Shown piece by piece: positions 1 through 8,692 of a DNA stretch of 64,000 nucleotides. The stretch covers positions 2,848,001 to 2,912,000 of the forward strand of contig OZ245742.1 of NCBI GenBank assembly GCA_965227295.1, read 5' to 3'. This DNA comes from Leptonemataceae bacterium (GTDB lineage Bacteria; Spirochaetota; Leptospiria; Leptospirales; Leptonemataceae). Each line of letters opens with the position of its first letter. Positions within the stretch are counted from its first letter, which is position 1. Made by a program: the position numbers and the translations under genes. The notes under the pieces were generated by a model. It was not told the origin of the DNA, searched no databases, and saw only the letters and a list, made by a program, of their open reading frames with translations.

Positions 1-1
1 C

Positions 2-1297
2 GACACCCGCTTCTCGCCAGAGGTCTTCGATGACCGATTCATCGATTTGATTGCTCAAGAACTCGAAAATCGAGCGGGCGGCTCGCACTTCCGTGGTTTC
101 AAATAGTTCATTTACGCCTGTTACAATAAATGGAATGCCTTCACGACGAAGTGTTTCGACCACAGTGGTTGCCTTGCTCCACTTTCGAAAAAGCAGGCAG
201 AAATCGCTGTAATCCAACCCGCGGACGAATCCTTTTTCCTTGAGAGCTGTTCCGCGCAATTTGCGGATTGTGCGGACGATGAATTCATTTTCGGCCTCTT
301 CGTTCTCAAAGGAATTGTAAAGAATGTCTCCCTTCTCGTAGGTTTGTGCTTCCGTATCACGCATTTCTTTGGGCAAGCGTTCCTGGTTGTTGCGGATAGC
401 TCGCATGGCGACATCGATAATGCCTGCGGAACTGCGAAAGTTTTCCTCCAGTTTAATCGAACGGACTCCATCGTACCGATTGGCAAAGTCAATGATGTTG
501 CGGATCTGGCTTCCGCGCCACTGGTAAATTGTTTGGTCGTCGTCTCCCACCACGCAAAGGTTCAGCCCTTTCGCAGCATCATACAAAGCCCGAATCAGTC
601 GTTCCTGAATGGGATTTACATCCTGGTATTCGTCAACGATCAGATAACGTAGATCGGAGCAAACTCGCCCGGCGAACTCGGGATCGGTTTGCAATCGGCG
701 CACCGTTTCGGTGAGAACCATCGTGAAATCAAAGTACGCGGACTCTTGCAGTGTCTTTTCGTACTGTTCTCTGGCCTCCGTCAAGTTAGCCGGAAGCTCC
801 ACGTCCGATCGCAGCTCTGATTCGCGCAAAATCGACATGGCTGTTATGAAGTAATCGGTATCCTTATAACGTTCTAAATTTAGTTCGCGCATCCCGATTT
901 CTTTGTATTTCCGATCAACGAAAAGTTTGAGTTTCACATCATCCAGAATCGAATATTTTTGAAATTCATACGCATGGTCCTGCAACATGCGCAGGCACCA
1001 GGCATGGATCGTTCCAATAAAAAGCTCGGCCATTCCCTGGATGCCGTTCTGGATACGCTGACGGGTAATTCGCAGAACGCGATTTTTTAGTTCCGCGGCG
1101 GCTTTCTCTGTGAAGGTGAAAGCGAGAATCGAGGAGGGGGTGACGCCGTTCTTTTGGAGGATGCGAACAATTCGCTCGGATATGACCTGCGTTTTTCCCG
1201 AACCGGCGCATGCGATGATTTGCAAATTATGATCTGTCGTTTCGATCGCTTCTTGTTGCCGGGTCGTATAGGAAATTCGGTTCAGGTTCTCGCTCAT
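2..1297 (-). CDS. UvrD/REP (SF1) ATP-dependent helicase, 3' part runs off the window start
   Basis: Manual translation from ATG at 1297 gives MSENLNRISYTTRQQEAI...IIACAGSGKT (Walker A), FTFTEKAA, GTIHAW, LIVDEYQD (Walker B), VGDDDQTIYQWRG, LEENFRS. It is absent from the ORF track because no stop falls in the window. The region is visibly AT-richer than the rest. Confidence 0.93.
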   Translation of the reverse strand, partial: MSENLNRISYTTRQQEAIETTDHNLQIIACAGSGKTQVISERIVRILQKNGVTPSSILAFTFTEKAAAELKNRVLRITRQRIQNGIQGMAELFIGTIHAWCLRMLQDHAYEFQKYSILDDVKLKLFVDRKYKEIGMRELNLERYKDTDYFITAMSILRESELRSDVELPANLTEAREQYEKTLQESAYFDFTMVLTETVRRLQTDPEFAGRVCSDLRYLIVDEYQDVNPIQERLIRALYDAAKGLNLCVVGDDDQTIYQWRGSQIRNIIDFANRYDGVRSIKLEENFRSSAGIIDVAMRAIRNNQERLPKEMRDTEAQTYEKGDILYNSFENEEAENEFIVRTIRKLRGTALKEKGFVRGLDYSDFCLLFRKWSKATTVVETLRREGIPFIVTGVNELFETTEVRAARSIFEFLSNQIDESVIEDLWREAGV

Positions 1298-1492
1298 ATT
1301 ACCCAATACTGAAATCCATTCAGGCTCGCAATTGTCATTCGAAACGGCGCACCTGAAAGGAGGCTAATCGAAGGGGCATGCTGGGCCGATTCAATATATT
1401 GTTGCCAGTATTGATGTGCTATGTGATACAGAGCTAATCGCCCCCCTCCCAAATTCCGCCACCACGGTGGCGAAATTCAGTGACATCTCTTC

Positions 1493-1616
1493 GCGTTAGG
1501 GACACGCAGGGTGGCGCGCAGCGCCAGTCTCGCGTCTTCGCGAGACCGCAGCGAAGCGGAGCCCGGAGTGGCCCGGCGGCCCGGCTGCTTCCGACGCAGC
1601 CGGGCCGCAACGCCCA
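1493..1616 (+). ncRNA. Structured intergenic element resembling Flavo-1 RNA / REP-like spirochete repeat
   Basis: Starts GCGTTAGGGA and ends ACGCCC. Perfect stems are TGGCGC-GCA-GCGCCA, GTCTCGCG-TCTT-CGCGAGAC (1527-1546) and the 13-bp GCGGCCCGGCTGC-TTCCGAC-GCAGCCGGGCCGC (1576-1608). The family match is from recall, not a search. Confidence 0.5.
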
Positions 1617-1802
1617 ACTTCCCGGCACATTACGTCACCCACCATCCTAACGAAATTCTAACACGCCGCCACTGACACCATGTCAGCAAAACGCTTGCAA
1701 AATGAACCGGCATTCCGTAACATAGCCAAAATCAACTACGAACGAAGTCACCGACGCAAGCCTTCAAATATACAGAGCCGGCGGAGACTTCAGGAGAGAA
1801 TC

Positions 1803-3092
1803 ATGCGAAATCTCAAAACCGCCCGGGGCGTGCAGACGCTCCTCGCAACGGCAATCATCGCCGCGTCGACGGCGGCGCCCCTCAGCGCGCAAAGCATCGG
1901 CGAATTATTCCGGAAGCCCGGCGTCATGGGCGACTCCCTGAGCCAGGGATTCTACGGCGCCAGCGTCGAAAAGAAGACGCAAGATTGGGCGTATCCGGTC
2001 ATCGTCTCAAAACAGGCGAACGCTAACGTTACCTACAACGTACTTAAGGGCCCGTACGTCAACCTCGAGGACTTCCTCAACGGCGACTGCGGCGTCTTCT
2101 GCCTGGGATCGTCGATCCTCGGCGGCAACGAATCCACCGTGGGCACGCCCACGCACGCCGGCATCACCGGTGCCGATTACACGAACGCGCTCTACACCAG
2201 CGGCACGTGCGAAGACATCACCGCGACGAAGTGGGAGAAGGACTGGTACTGGAAGAAGTGGTACTGGTATACGTATCGCTGGGTGCAGGTGCAGGATTGC
2301 CAGGATCCGGATTCGTACCACGAGCACGGTCTGCGGAACTCCGGCACGCAGATGCAAATCATGGAAAAGGTCCAGCCGTCGTTCATCTTCGGCAGTGTCG
2401 GCGCGAACCACGTGCTCTGCACGGCCCTGGCCACGAACCTCGACTGTCTCGACATGAACCGCTGGAAGCGCGACTCGGCCGAGGCCTTCCGTCGTATGCG
2501 GAACATCTCCAGCGTGCGCGGCGGTGTGGTCTTCACCGTGCCGAACGTTACGGCCATCTACTACGTGGAGCCCTACACCGATCCCAACGGTCGTTCGAAC
2601 TACAGCGGCCTCAAGGCCTTCTACAACACCAGCGTGGGCAGCCCGTCCGAGGTGCTCGACGCGAACGAGGTCGGCCAGATCACGAGTTTCCTGACCACGA
2701 TCAACAACGATCTTAAGAGCTACGCCGCTTCCAACAACTACGCCATCGTCGATGCTAAGGTAATCTTCGACGACATTAAAGAAAACGGTCGCCGCATTGC
2801 GCACAGCAGCGGTTGGTCCCCGGGCAACGCCGGCGCCAACTGGCCGCTTCCCGGCAAGCCGGGCATCTTCGGCCTCGACGGCGTGCATCCGAACCGCTAC
2901 GGCCACGCGGTCCTCGCCAACGAGCTCATCGCCGCCATCAACGGCGAGTACGGCGTGTCGATCCCGAAAGTGGACGAGTACGCGGCCTGGTACTACGATT
3001 CGCTGAACCGCAATCCCATCGACCTGAAGGGTTACCTCAGCGACAACATCTTCGGCCAGATTATCAGCTTCATCATTAACATCTTCGTGTAA
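1803..3092 (+). CDS. Secreted SGNH/GDSL-family hydrolase (lipase/esterase)
   Basis: RBS AGGAG before ATG 1803, signal peptide (..PLSA|QS), block I GDSLSQG, block III GAN, block V DGVHP. Confidence 0.8.
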   Translation: MRNLKTARGVQTLLATAIIAASTAAPLSAQSIGELFRKPGVMGDSLSQGFYGASVEKKTQDWAYPVIVSKQANANVTYNVLKGPYVNLEDFLNGDCGVFCLGSSILGGNESTVGTPTHAGITGADYTNALYTSGTCEDITATKWEKDWYWKKWYWYTYRWVQVQDCQDPDSYHEHGLRNSGTQMQIMEKVQPSFIFGSVGANHVLCTALATNLDCLDMNRWKRDSAEAFRRMRNISSVRGGVVFTVPNVTAIYYVEPYTDPNGRSNYSGLKAFYNTSVGSPSEVLDANEVGQITSFLTTINNDLKSYAASNNYAIVDAKVIFDDIKENGRRIAHSSGWSPGNAGANWPLPGKPGIFGLDGVHPNRYGHAVLANELIAAINGEYGVSIPKVDEYAAWYYDSLNRNPIDLKGYLSDNIFGQIISFIINIFV

Positions 3093-3118
3093 GATGTTAA
3101 TGTTCTTCACGAACCAAA

Positions 3119-3154
3119 GCCGCGCTCCGGGAAACCGGGCGCGGCCTTTCTTTT
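3119..3154. terminator. Rho-independent terminator between convergent genes
   Basis: GCCGCGCTCCGG-GAAA-CCGGGCGCGGC hairpin followed by CTTTCTTTT. Confidence 0.8.
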
Positions 3155-3169
3155 GCTGGAGTTCCGCGT

Positions 3170-5494
3170 TTATTGCAGCACGAATTCGCGCGAATAACCG
3201 GTGAACTTCTCGTAGCCCGTCCAGAAGAAGTACCAGCGCTTCGCGAGTCCGTTGTAACGAATGCGGTAGGTCCCCGGTTGCTGGTTGCGCACGAGCCAGG
3301 TGGCCGTGGCGAACGACTGATCCGACAGACTGCTGGAACCGCCGTTGCGTTCCCAGTCGAAGGCCGTGTAGGGATCGCCGTCCGTGGCGATGGTCTGCCA
3401 GTCGGAGCCGACTTTCTTCTGTACTTCAAGGAAGGTGTAGCTGTCCGGATCGTAGTACTGCGACAGCGAGCCGTCCATCTTCTTCACGAGCACCGTGCGT
3501 GGATGCGCGGCCTGGAAGCGCACGCTCACCGTGTCGTGGTCTTTCGAGTAGCTCGCCGCGGCGTCCTGCACGGCGTTGCCGAAGTTGCCGCCGTCCGTTA
3601 CGACTCCGTTGCTGGAAACCCAGGTTTCGATCAACTGCATCGTGGAAAGATCGGGCGGATTGGGTCCGGGATCGGCCGGTGTGTTTGCGGCCAGGTGGCC
3701 GGCCAGGCGATCCAGTTCCTGGGCTACGGCCGCCTCGGCGAACGGGCCGTAGATCGTAAAAGCGCCTTCGAAATGCTGCGCGGCGTACTCTTCGCGCGTC
3801 GTAAGGTACTGTCCGTAAGAGTTAGCCATGCCGGCGAGCACGAGATTCGCAACACCGGCGTTTGCAAGATTCGCGCTCACCGCGTCTTTGAGTCGGCGGC
3901 CGGTCATTGTCGTTACCTCGAACGGTGTGCCGAGAACACCGATGTCGCCGATGCGAATGATCTGCAACGGAATGACCACCGGTACGAACGGTGTGTTCGG
4001 ATTCGGAAACCAGAAATCATCCACCTCACCGACGGGCAACAGGGCGAACTTCTCTTTGTGACACTGGTCGTACTGATTCGTCTGTAACACGGCCGCGGCC
4101 AGCGGCCAGAGCGGTCCGAGGAACGCGGCAATGCCGTCGCCGTCGAGATCGTTGAAGTCGTACTTCGTTTGTACCCACTGTCCGTTTTCGTAGCTGTAGG
4201 TGTTCTTGATTTCACCCTCGGCCGCGAATTCCACGGGCGCGCCTTCTTCGTCGCCGGCCAGGAAACCCGCGCCGACCACGCCGACGCACGAGGCGGCCGT
4301 GGCGCTGTTGATCTCGTTATCCCAGGGCATGTAGTTCGTGCTGATGTAGCTGTTCGCCACGTCCACGTCGTTGAAGTTCACGTGACTGTGACGCACGTCC
4401 AGCGCGACCGGCACGCTCGTGTTCGCGGCGTTGTAGAGTTGCAGCGCCGCAACGGCCTGGCGTTCTCCGGCCACGATGGGATTTTCCTGGGCGTCGAGGC
4501 TTGCGTCGAGATCACTCGGCCGCAGGAACGGGAGCGTAATGTCCGTGGGATTCGGAATGTTCGGGCTTACATCGCCCATGGCGCCCTGAGCGAACGCGGC
4601 GACGAAGTTCCCGCCTTTCATTTTTTCGATCTTGTACGACGCGTAACCTTTGTTGTCGCCGTGAATGCGACGGTTCGCGATGTCCAGCGACGTTCCGTGT
4701 ACGGCGAACCAGTTGATGAGGCCGATCTCGGTACCGTCGAGCGCGTCGAAGCGCAGGAGCGTCATCTCCGCGTCGACGTTGTCCGAAAAACTGCCGGCGT
4801 CCGAGTTCTGGTCGTAGGCGATGGACGAACGATTGTAGGCGGCGTTGCTGACCGTGCCGGAAGCGTATTGAATGCTCGCGGCCTGGCGATTGTTGTAAGC
4901 ATCGATGATGGACTGCGTGATGCCGCGGACCACTACCTCGTAGTGCAGTTCGTCGAAGCCGGTGACGCCGTTGAACAGATTAAAGAGTGTATACCACGAG
5001 ATGTTCGACGTGGCCGCGTGGGTATGCGTGGCCGTGAGCATCACGTTTTCCGTATCGAACAATGAACCGTAGCCGAGGGTTGCCAGGCGTTTCACCACGC
5101 CGACCTTCACGCTCTGATACATGTGCAGTTGATCGGCGCTGACCAGGGCCACCATGCCCGTGCCCGGTTGTTCAATCACGAACGCGCGGCTGTACAGGCG
5201 CATGGCCAGGCCGGACATTTCGTCACCAGGGCTGTTGTAACCGGTGCTGGACTGAACGAACGGACCGGTGATGTCCGATTTTGCCGCGCCGACGTTGTAG
5301 GTAGACGGGCTTGTGGAAAGGCTGCGGCCCTGCAGGACCTGGCCTTGAATGATTTCCTGCGCAGCATCGACCGCGCCGGCATCGCCGCGCAGGGCGTTCT
5401 CTGTCGCGCCTTCACAGGCATTGAAGACGAGCAGGGCGCCGGCCGCAACGTAAACGCCGCGCCTTCGCAGGGATTGAAAAAACTGAGCTAACAT
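3170..5494 (-). CDS. Neutral/alkaline non-lysosomal ceramidase, probable lipoprotein
   Basis: Motifs RLYSRAF, ATHTHA (Zn), WFAVHGTS, GDNKGYA, GDVSPN, YLTTREEY..QHFEG, and a C-terminal Ig-like domain (GTYRIRY). Lipobox-like LVFNAC. Confidence 0.92.
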   Translation of the reverse strand: MLAQFFQSLRRRGVYVAAGALLVFNACEGATENALRGDAGAVDAAQEIIQGQVLQGRSLSTSPSTYNVGAAKSDITGPFVQSSTGYNSPGDEMSGLAMRLYSRAFVIEQPGTGMVALVSADQLHMYQSVKVGVVKRLATLGYGSLFDTENVMLTATHTHAATSNISWYTLFNLFNGVTGFDELHYEVVVRGITQSIIDAYNNRQAASIQYASGTVSNAAYNRSSIAYDQNSDAGSFSDNVDAEMTLLRFDALDGTEIGLINWFAVHGTSLDIANRRIHGDNKGYASYKIEKMKGGNFVAAFAQGAMGDVSPNIPNPTDITLPFLRPSDLDASLDAQENPIVAGERQAVAALQLYNAANTSVPVALDVRHSHVNFNDVDVANSYISTNYMPWDNEINSATAASCVGVVGAGFLAGDEEGAPVEFAAEGEIKNTYSYENGQWVQTKYDFNDLDGDGIAAFLGPLWPLAAAVLQTNQYDQCHKEKFALLPVGEVDDFWFPNPNTPFVPVVIPLQIIRIGDIGVLGTPFEVTTMTGRRLKDAVSANLANAGVANLVLAGMANSYGQYLTTREEYAAQHFEGAFTIYGPFAEAAVAQELDRLAGHLAANTPADPGPNPPDLSTMQLIETWVSSNGVVTDGGNFGNAVQDAAASYSKDHDTVSVRFQAAHPRTVLVKKMDGSLSQYYDPDSYTFLEVQKKVGSDWQTIATDGDPYTAFDWERNGGSSSLSDQSFATATWLVRNQQPGTYRIRYNGLAKRWYFFWTGYEKFTGYSREFVLQ

Positions 5495-5551
5495 GAGCTT
5501 TCTCCTGGGATTCGTAAAATTTCTCTGAACGTAAGTTTATATATGTAAACA

Positions 5552-6244
5552 TTAGTTGCCGGAGTCTTCGAGCAGCGGCTCGCGGGGCTCCAGGTGTTCC
5601 GGCAGGTAGCTGCGCAGGTAGGCCACGGCGGCCCGCCCGGCCTCGCGAATGAGATCGTTGGTGATCTCTCCGTGCTCGCGAAAGGACAGCCGGAAGACGG
5701 AATCGATGATGGCGAAGGCGATGGCCACGGACTGTTCGCGCTGCGGCCACACGGGAACGTGGAAGCGTTCTTCCAGGCGCTCCAGAACGATGCGGGCGAT
5801 CTTCGCATCCACGGACTTGCCGACGTCCCGGGTTTCGGTGACGCCGCCGTTCATGCCGTAGATCAAACGCATGAGGGCCGGGTCTTCCCGGGTAATCTGC
5901 GCGCCCACGCTGATGAGGCAGCGCAGATAATCCTGCCAGGTGCGAAAACGTCGCGCGTCCACCTCGGCCAGGGCGTCCGCGAGGACCTCGGCATGAAAGA
6001 GCCGCAGACCCAGAAAGAGCGCCCCTATATTAGGAAAGAAATGATACGCCGAAGCCCGGGGGATACCGGCCCGCTCGCAGGCCAGGGCAAACGTCACTTC
6101 TTCCGGCGGCAATTCCCGCAGCAATTCCCGGGTGGCGCTGAGCAGCTCCGTACGGCGGCTCCGGCCCTGCTGGGAGGTGAATTTGAACTTTTTCTGGCTC
6201 AAATCCGGCGAAAGCGAGGCGTCCATGATCCGTTCGTCGTTCAT
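5552..6244 (-). CDS. TetR/AcrR family transcriptional regulator
   Basis: N-terminal HTH (VTFALACERAGIPRASAYHFFPN). Divergent from the kinase operon. Confidence 0.92.
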   Translation of the reverse strand: MNDERIMDASLSPDLSQKKFKFTSQQGRSRRTELLSATRELLRELPPEEVTFALACERAGIPRASAYHFFPNIGALFLGLRLFHAEVLADALAEVDARRFRTWQDYLRCLISVGAQITREDPALMRLIYGMNGGVTETRDVGKSVDAKIARIVLERLEERFHVPVWPQREQSVAIAFAIIDSVFRLSFREHGEITNDLIREAGRAAVAYLRSYLPEHLEPREPLLEDSGN

Positions 6245-6249
6245 ATGAT

Positions 6250-6364
6250 CGACTTTTGTCGGGTTACGAGAAATATTTCAACCAGAAAACGGATAGAAGT
6301 CGGTTTTTTAATCGACAAAAGTTGATTTATGTGCAGAATCTGATCTGCGAGTCGACAAAAGTCG
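6250..6364. promoter_or_regulatory. Three palindromic operator-like sites CGAC-AAAA/TTTT-GTCG in a divergent promoter
   Basis: CGACTTTTGTCG at 6250-6261, CGACAAAAGTTG at 6313-6324, CGACAAAAGTCG at 6353-6364. Confidence 0.7.
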
Positions 6365-6387
6365 GGTCTCGCGATGCGGAGAAGGAT

Positions 6388-8655
6388 ATGGGCGGCACAC
6401 AGACAGCAAAGGCCATTCTGGCCGTGGATCTCGGGACCTCGGGCTGTAAGGCGGCCCTGGTGGATCGTTCCGGCGCGGTCCTCGGCTGGGCCTACGAACC
6501 CGTGGAACTGCACATTCTGCCGGAGCACGGTGCCGAGCAGAATCCGGAGGACTGGTGGCGGGCTCTCGTAACTTCTACTCGTCGCCTGTTAGCAGAAACC
6601 GGGACGTCGCCGACGGATGTCGCCGCGGTCGCCTGTTCGACCCAGGGCGAGTGCACCGTACCGGTGGACGCCGAAGGCAACGCGCTCATGAACGCCGTCC
6701 TCTGGATGGACATGCGCGGCGAAGATGCCGTTCGTCGTCGCGCGGGCGGGGCGATTCGCGTGGCCGGCTACGGCGCCACGAAGCTGTTGCGCTGGATTCG
6801 ACTTACCGGCGGGGCACCGGCGTTGTCCGGCAAGGACCCGGCGGGCCACATGCTGTTTATTAAAGAAGCGTTCCCCGACATCTACCGGCGTACCTACAAG
6901 TTTCTCAACGCCCTCGACTACATGAACCTGCGCCTTACCGGTCGGTTCACCGCCACACCGGACTCCATCCTCACCTCCTGGGTTACCGACAACCGCAAGC
7001 CCGATCGCATTGCCTATCATCCGTCCCTGCTCAAGCAGAGCGGCATCGATCCGGACAAATTCCCGGAACTCGTCCGCTGTACGGATGTCCTGGGCCCGCT
7101 GCAACCGGCGGCGGCGCAGGAACTCGGCCTCTCCCCGCAGACCGTCGTCGTCGCCGGCGCCATCGACACCACGGCCGCGGCCGTGGGCAGCGGGGCCGTG
7201 GGGGATTACGAACCGCACCTTTACATCGGGACGTCGTCCTGGATTGCCGCCCACGTTCCGTTCAAGAAGACCGACGTCGCCTCCGGTATCGCCTCGGTAC
7301 CCTGCGCGCTCTCGGATCGGTACCTGTTGATCGCCACGCAAACTTCCGCCGGTGGTAACTTAACGTACCTTAAAGAACGCATTCTGTATCATCAGGACGA
7401 ACTTCTACAGGATGAAAACGTTCCCGATGTCTACAAAATCCTGGATCGCATTGCCGAACGTACCCCGGCGGGCAGTCGCGGTTTGCTCTACACCCCGTGG
7501 TTGTACGGTGAACGCTGTCCGGTGGATGAGGGCACGCTGCGCGCGGGCCTGTTCAATCTATCCCTGGAGCATTCCCGGGAGGATGTGATTCGCGCCTTCC
7601 TCGAAGGTGTGGCCCTGAACACGCGCTGGATGTTGAAACCCGTGGAGCGTTTCCTCGGCCGTCCGGTGCGTTCCATCAACATTGCCGGCGGCGGCGGCGT
7701 TTCCCGGGTGTGGTGCCGCATCTTCGCCGACGTCCTCGGCGTTACCATCCGCCAGCTCAAAGAGCCCGTGCAGGCCAATGCCGTGGGCGCGGCCTGGATC
7801 GCCCGGGTGGGCCTCGGAGAAATGAGCTTCGCCGACGTCGCCGGTCGCACGGACATTCGCGAAGAGTTCGTACCGGATGCGGACAACGCTCCCGTATACA
7901 ATCAGGCCTTTCAAAACTTTCAGGAGATTCACCGCCGCCTCGGCCCACTGTATCGAAAGATCAACGCGCCGGAACGCACCAAAACTATGAAACACGCAAA
8001 CAATCCTTCAATTGATATTAGCAAGTTCGACGCCGTGCGCCGCGAAGTCGTGGCGGCGTGTCTGCGCCTGGCCGACATGGGATACCTGGCCGGCATCGGC
8101 GGGAACATGGCCGTGCGCGCCGGGCAGGGCTGCTTCGCCGTGACGCCGTCCGCCGCGGACTACTACAACCTGACGCCCGAGGACATCTGCATCCTGCGCC
8201 TGGACAACCTGGAAAAAATCGCCGGGGACATGCAGCCCTCCGTGGAGAGCGGCCTGCATGCGGCGCTGCTGAACCGCCGCCCGGACCTGAATGCCAGCAT
8301 CCATACGCACCAGCCCGTGGCGAGCGGGGTGGCTTTGCTCGCGGTGCCGCTGCCGGTCGAAGACCCCGAGGCCCGCCAGGCCCTGGGCGATACGATCGTG
8401 CTCACGCCGTACGCCCCGTCCGGCACGACCTGGCTTGCGAAGTCCTTCGCGAAAGTTCTGCGCGACGACGTGAACGGCTATCTGCTTCGCAACCACGGCG
8501 TGGTCTGCGGCGGGCCGGATCTGGAGCAGGCCATCCGCAACGTGGGCTACATCGAGTCCGAGTCCGCCCGATTCTTGCGTGAAGAAATCATCCGGGCCCG
8601 GGGCGCGGACGCCGCCGATAACGCGACGCGCCGGGCCCTGGAAGCCGTTTCGTAA
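6388..8655 (+). CDS. FGGY-family carbohydrate kinase fused in frame to a class II (FucA-like) aldolase
   Basis: Kinase motifs AVDLGTSGCKA, LYIGTSSW, PWLYGERCP. Aldolase part from ATG 7987 has GIGGNMAVR, PSVESGLH, HTHQ, LLRNHG. RBS GGAGAAGG precedes ATG 6388. Confidence 0.88.
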   Translation: MGGTQTAKAILAVDLGTSGCKAALVDRSGAVLGWAYEPVELHILPEHGAEQNPEDWWRALVTSTRRLLAETGTSPTDVAAVACSTQGECTVPVDAEGNALMNAVLWMDMRGEDAVRRRAGGAIRVAGYGATKLLRWIRLTGGAPALSGKDPAGHMLFIKEAFPDIYRRTYKFLNALDYMNLRLTGRFTATPDSILTSWVTDNRKPDRIAYHPSLLKQSGIDPDKFPELVRCTDVLGPLQPAAAQELGLSPQTVVVAGAIDTTAAAVGSGAVGDYEPHLYIGTSSWIAAHVPFKKTDVASGIASVPCALSDRYLLIATQTSAGGNLTYLKERILYHQDELLQDENVPDVYKILDRIAERTPAGSRGLLYTPWLYGERCPVDEGTLRAGLFNLSLEHSREDVIRAFLEGVALNTRWMLKPVERFLGRPVRSINIAGGGGVSRVWCRIFADVLGVTIRQLKEPVQANAVGAAWIARVGLGEMSFADVAGRTDIREEFVPDADNAPVYNQAFQNFQEIHRRLGPLYRKINAPERTKTMKHANNPSIDISKFDAVRREVVAACLRLADMGYLAGIGGNMAVRAGQGCFAVTPSAADYYNLTPEDICILRLDNLEKIAGDMQPSVESGLHAALLNRRPDLNASIHTHQPVASGVALLAVPLPVEDPEARQALGDTIVLTPYAPSGTTWLAKSFAKVLRDDVNGYLLRNHGVVCGGPDLEQAIRNVGYIESESARFLREEIIRARGADAADNATRRALEAVS

Positions 8656-8692
8656 TTACAACATCAAACTAACTTAGACTGAGGAAAATCTA

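Noticed and set aside
1436..1465. tRNA 3' end or att site (..CCGCCACCA)
   Set aside because: No T-loop (TTCGA) or cloverleaf can be built.
1494..1652. Integron attC site suggested by GTTAGG and CCTAAC
   Set aside because: The order is reversed (attC runs RYYYAAC to GTTRRRY), and there is no cassette array or integrase.
2333..2347. TGCGGAACTCCGGCA as a further palindrome copy
   Set aside because: The arms do not fit the TGTM..KACA consensus, so it is likely chance.
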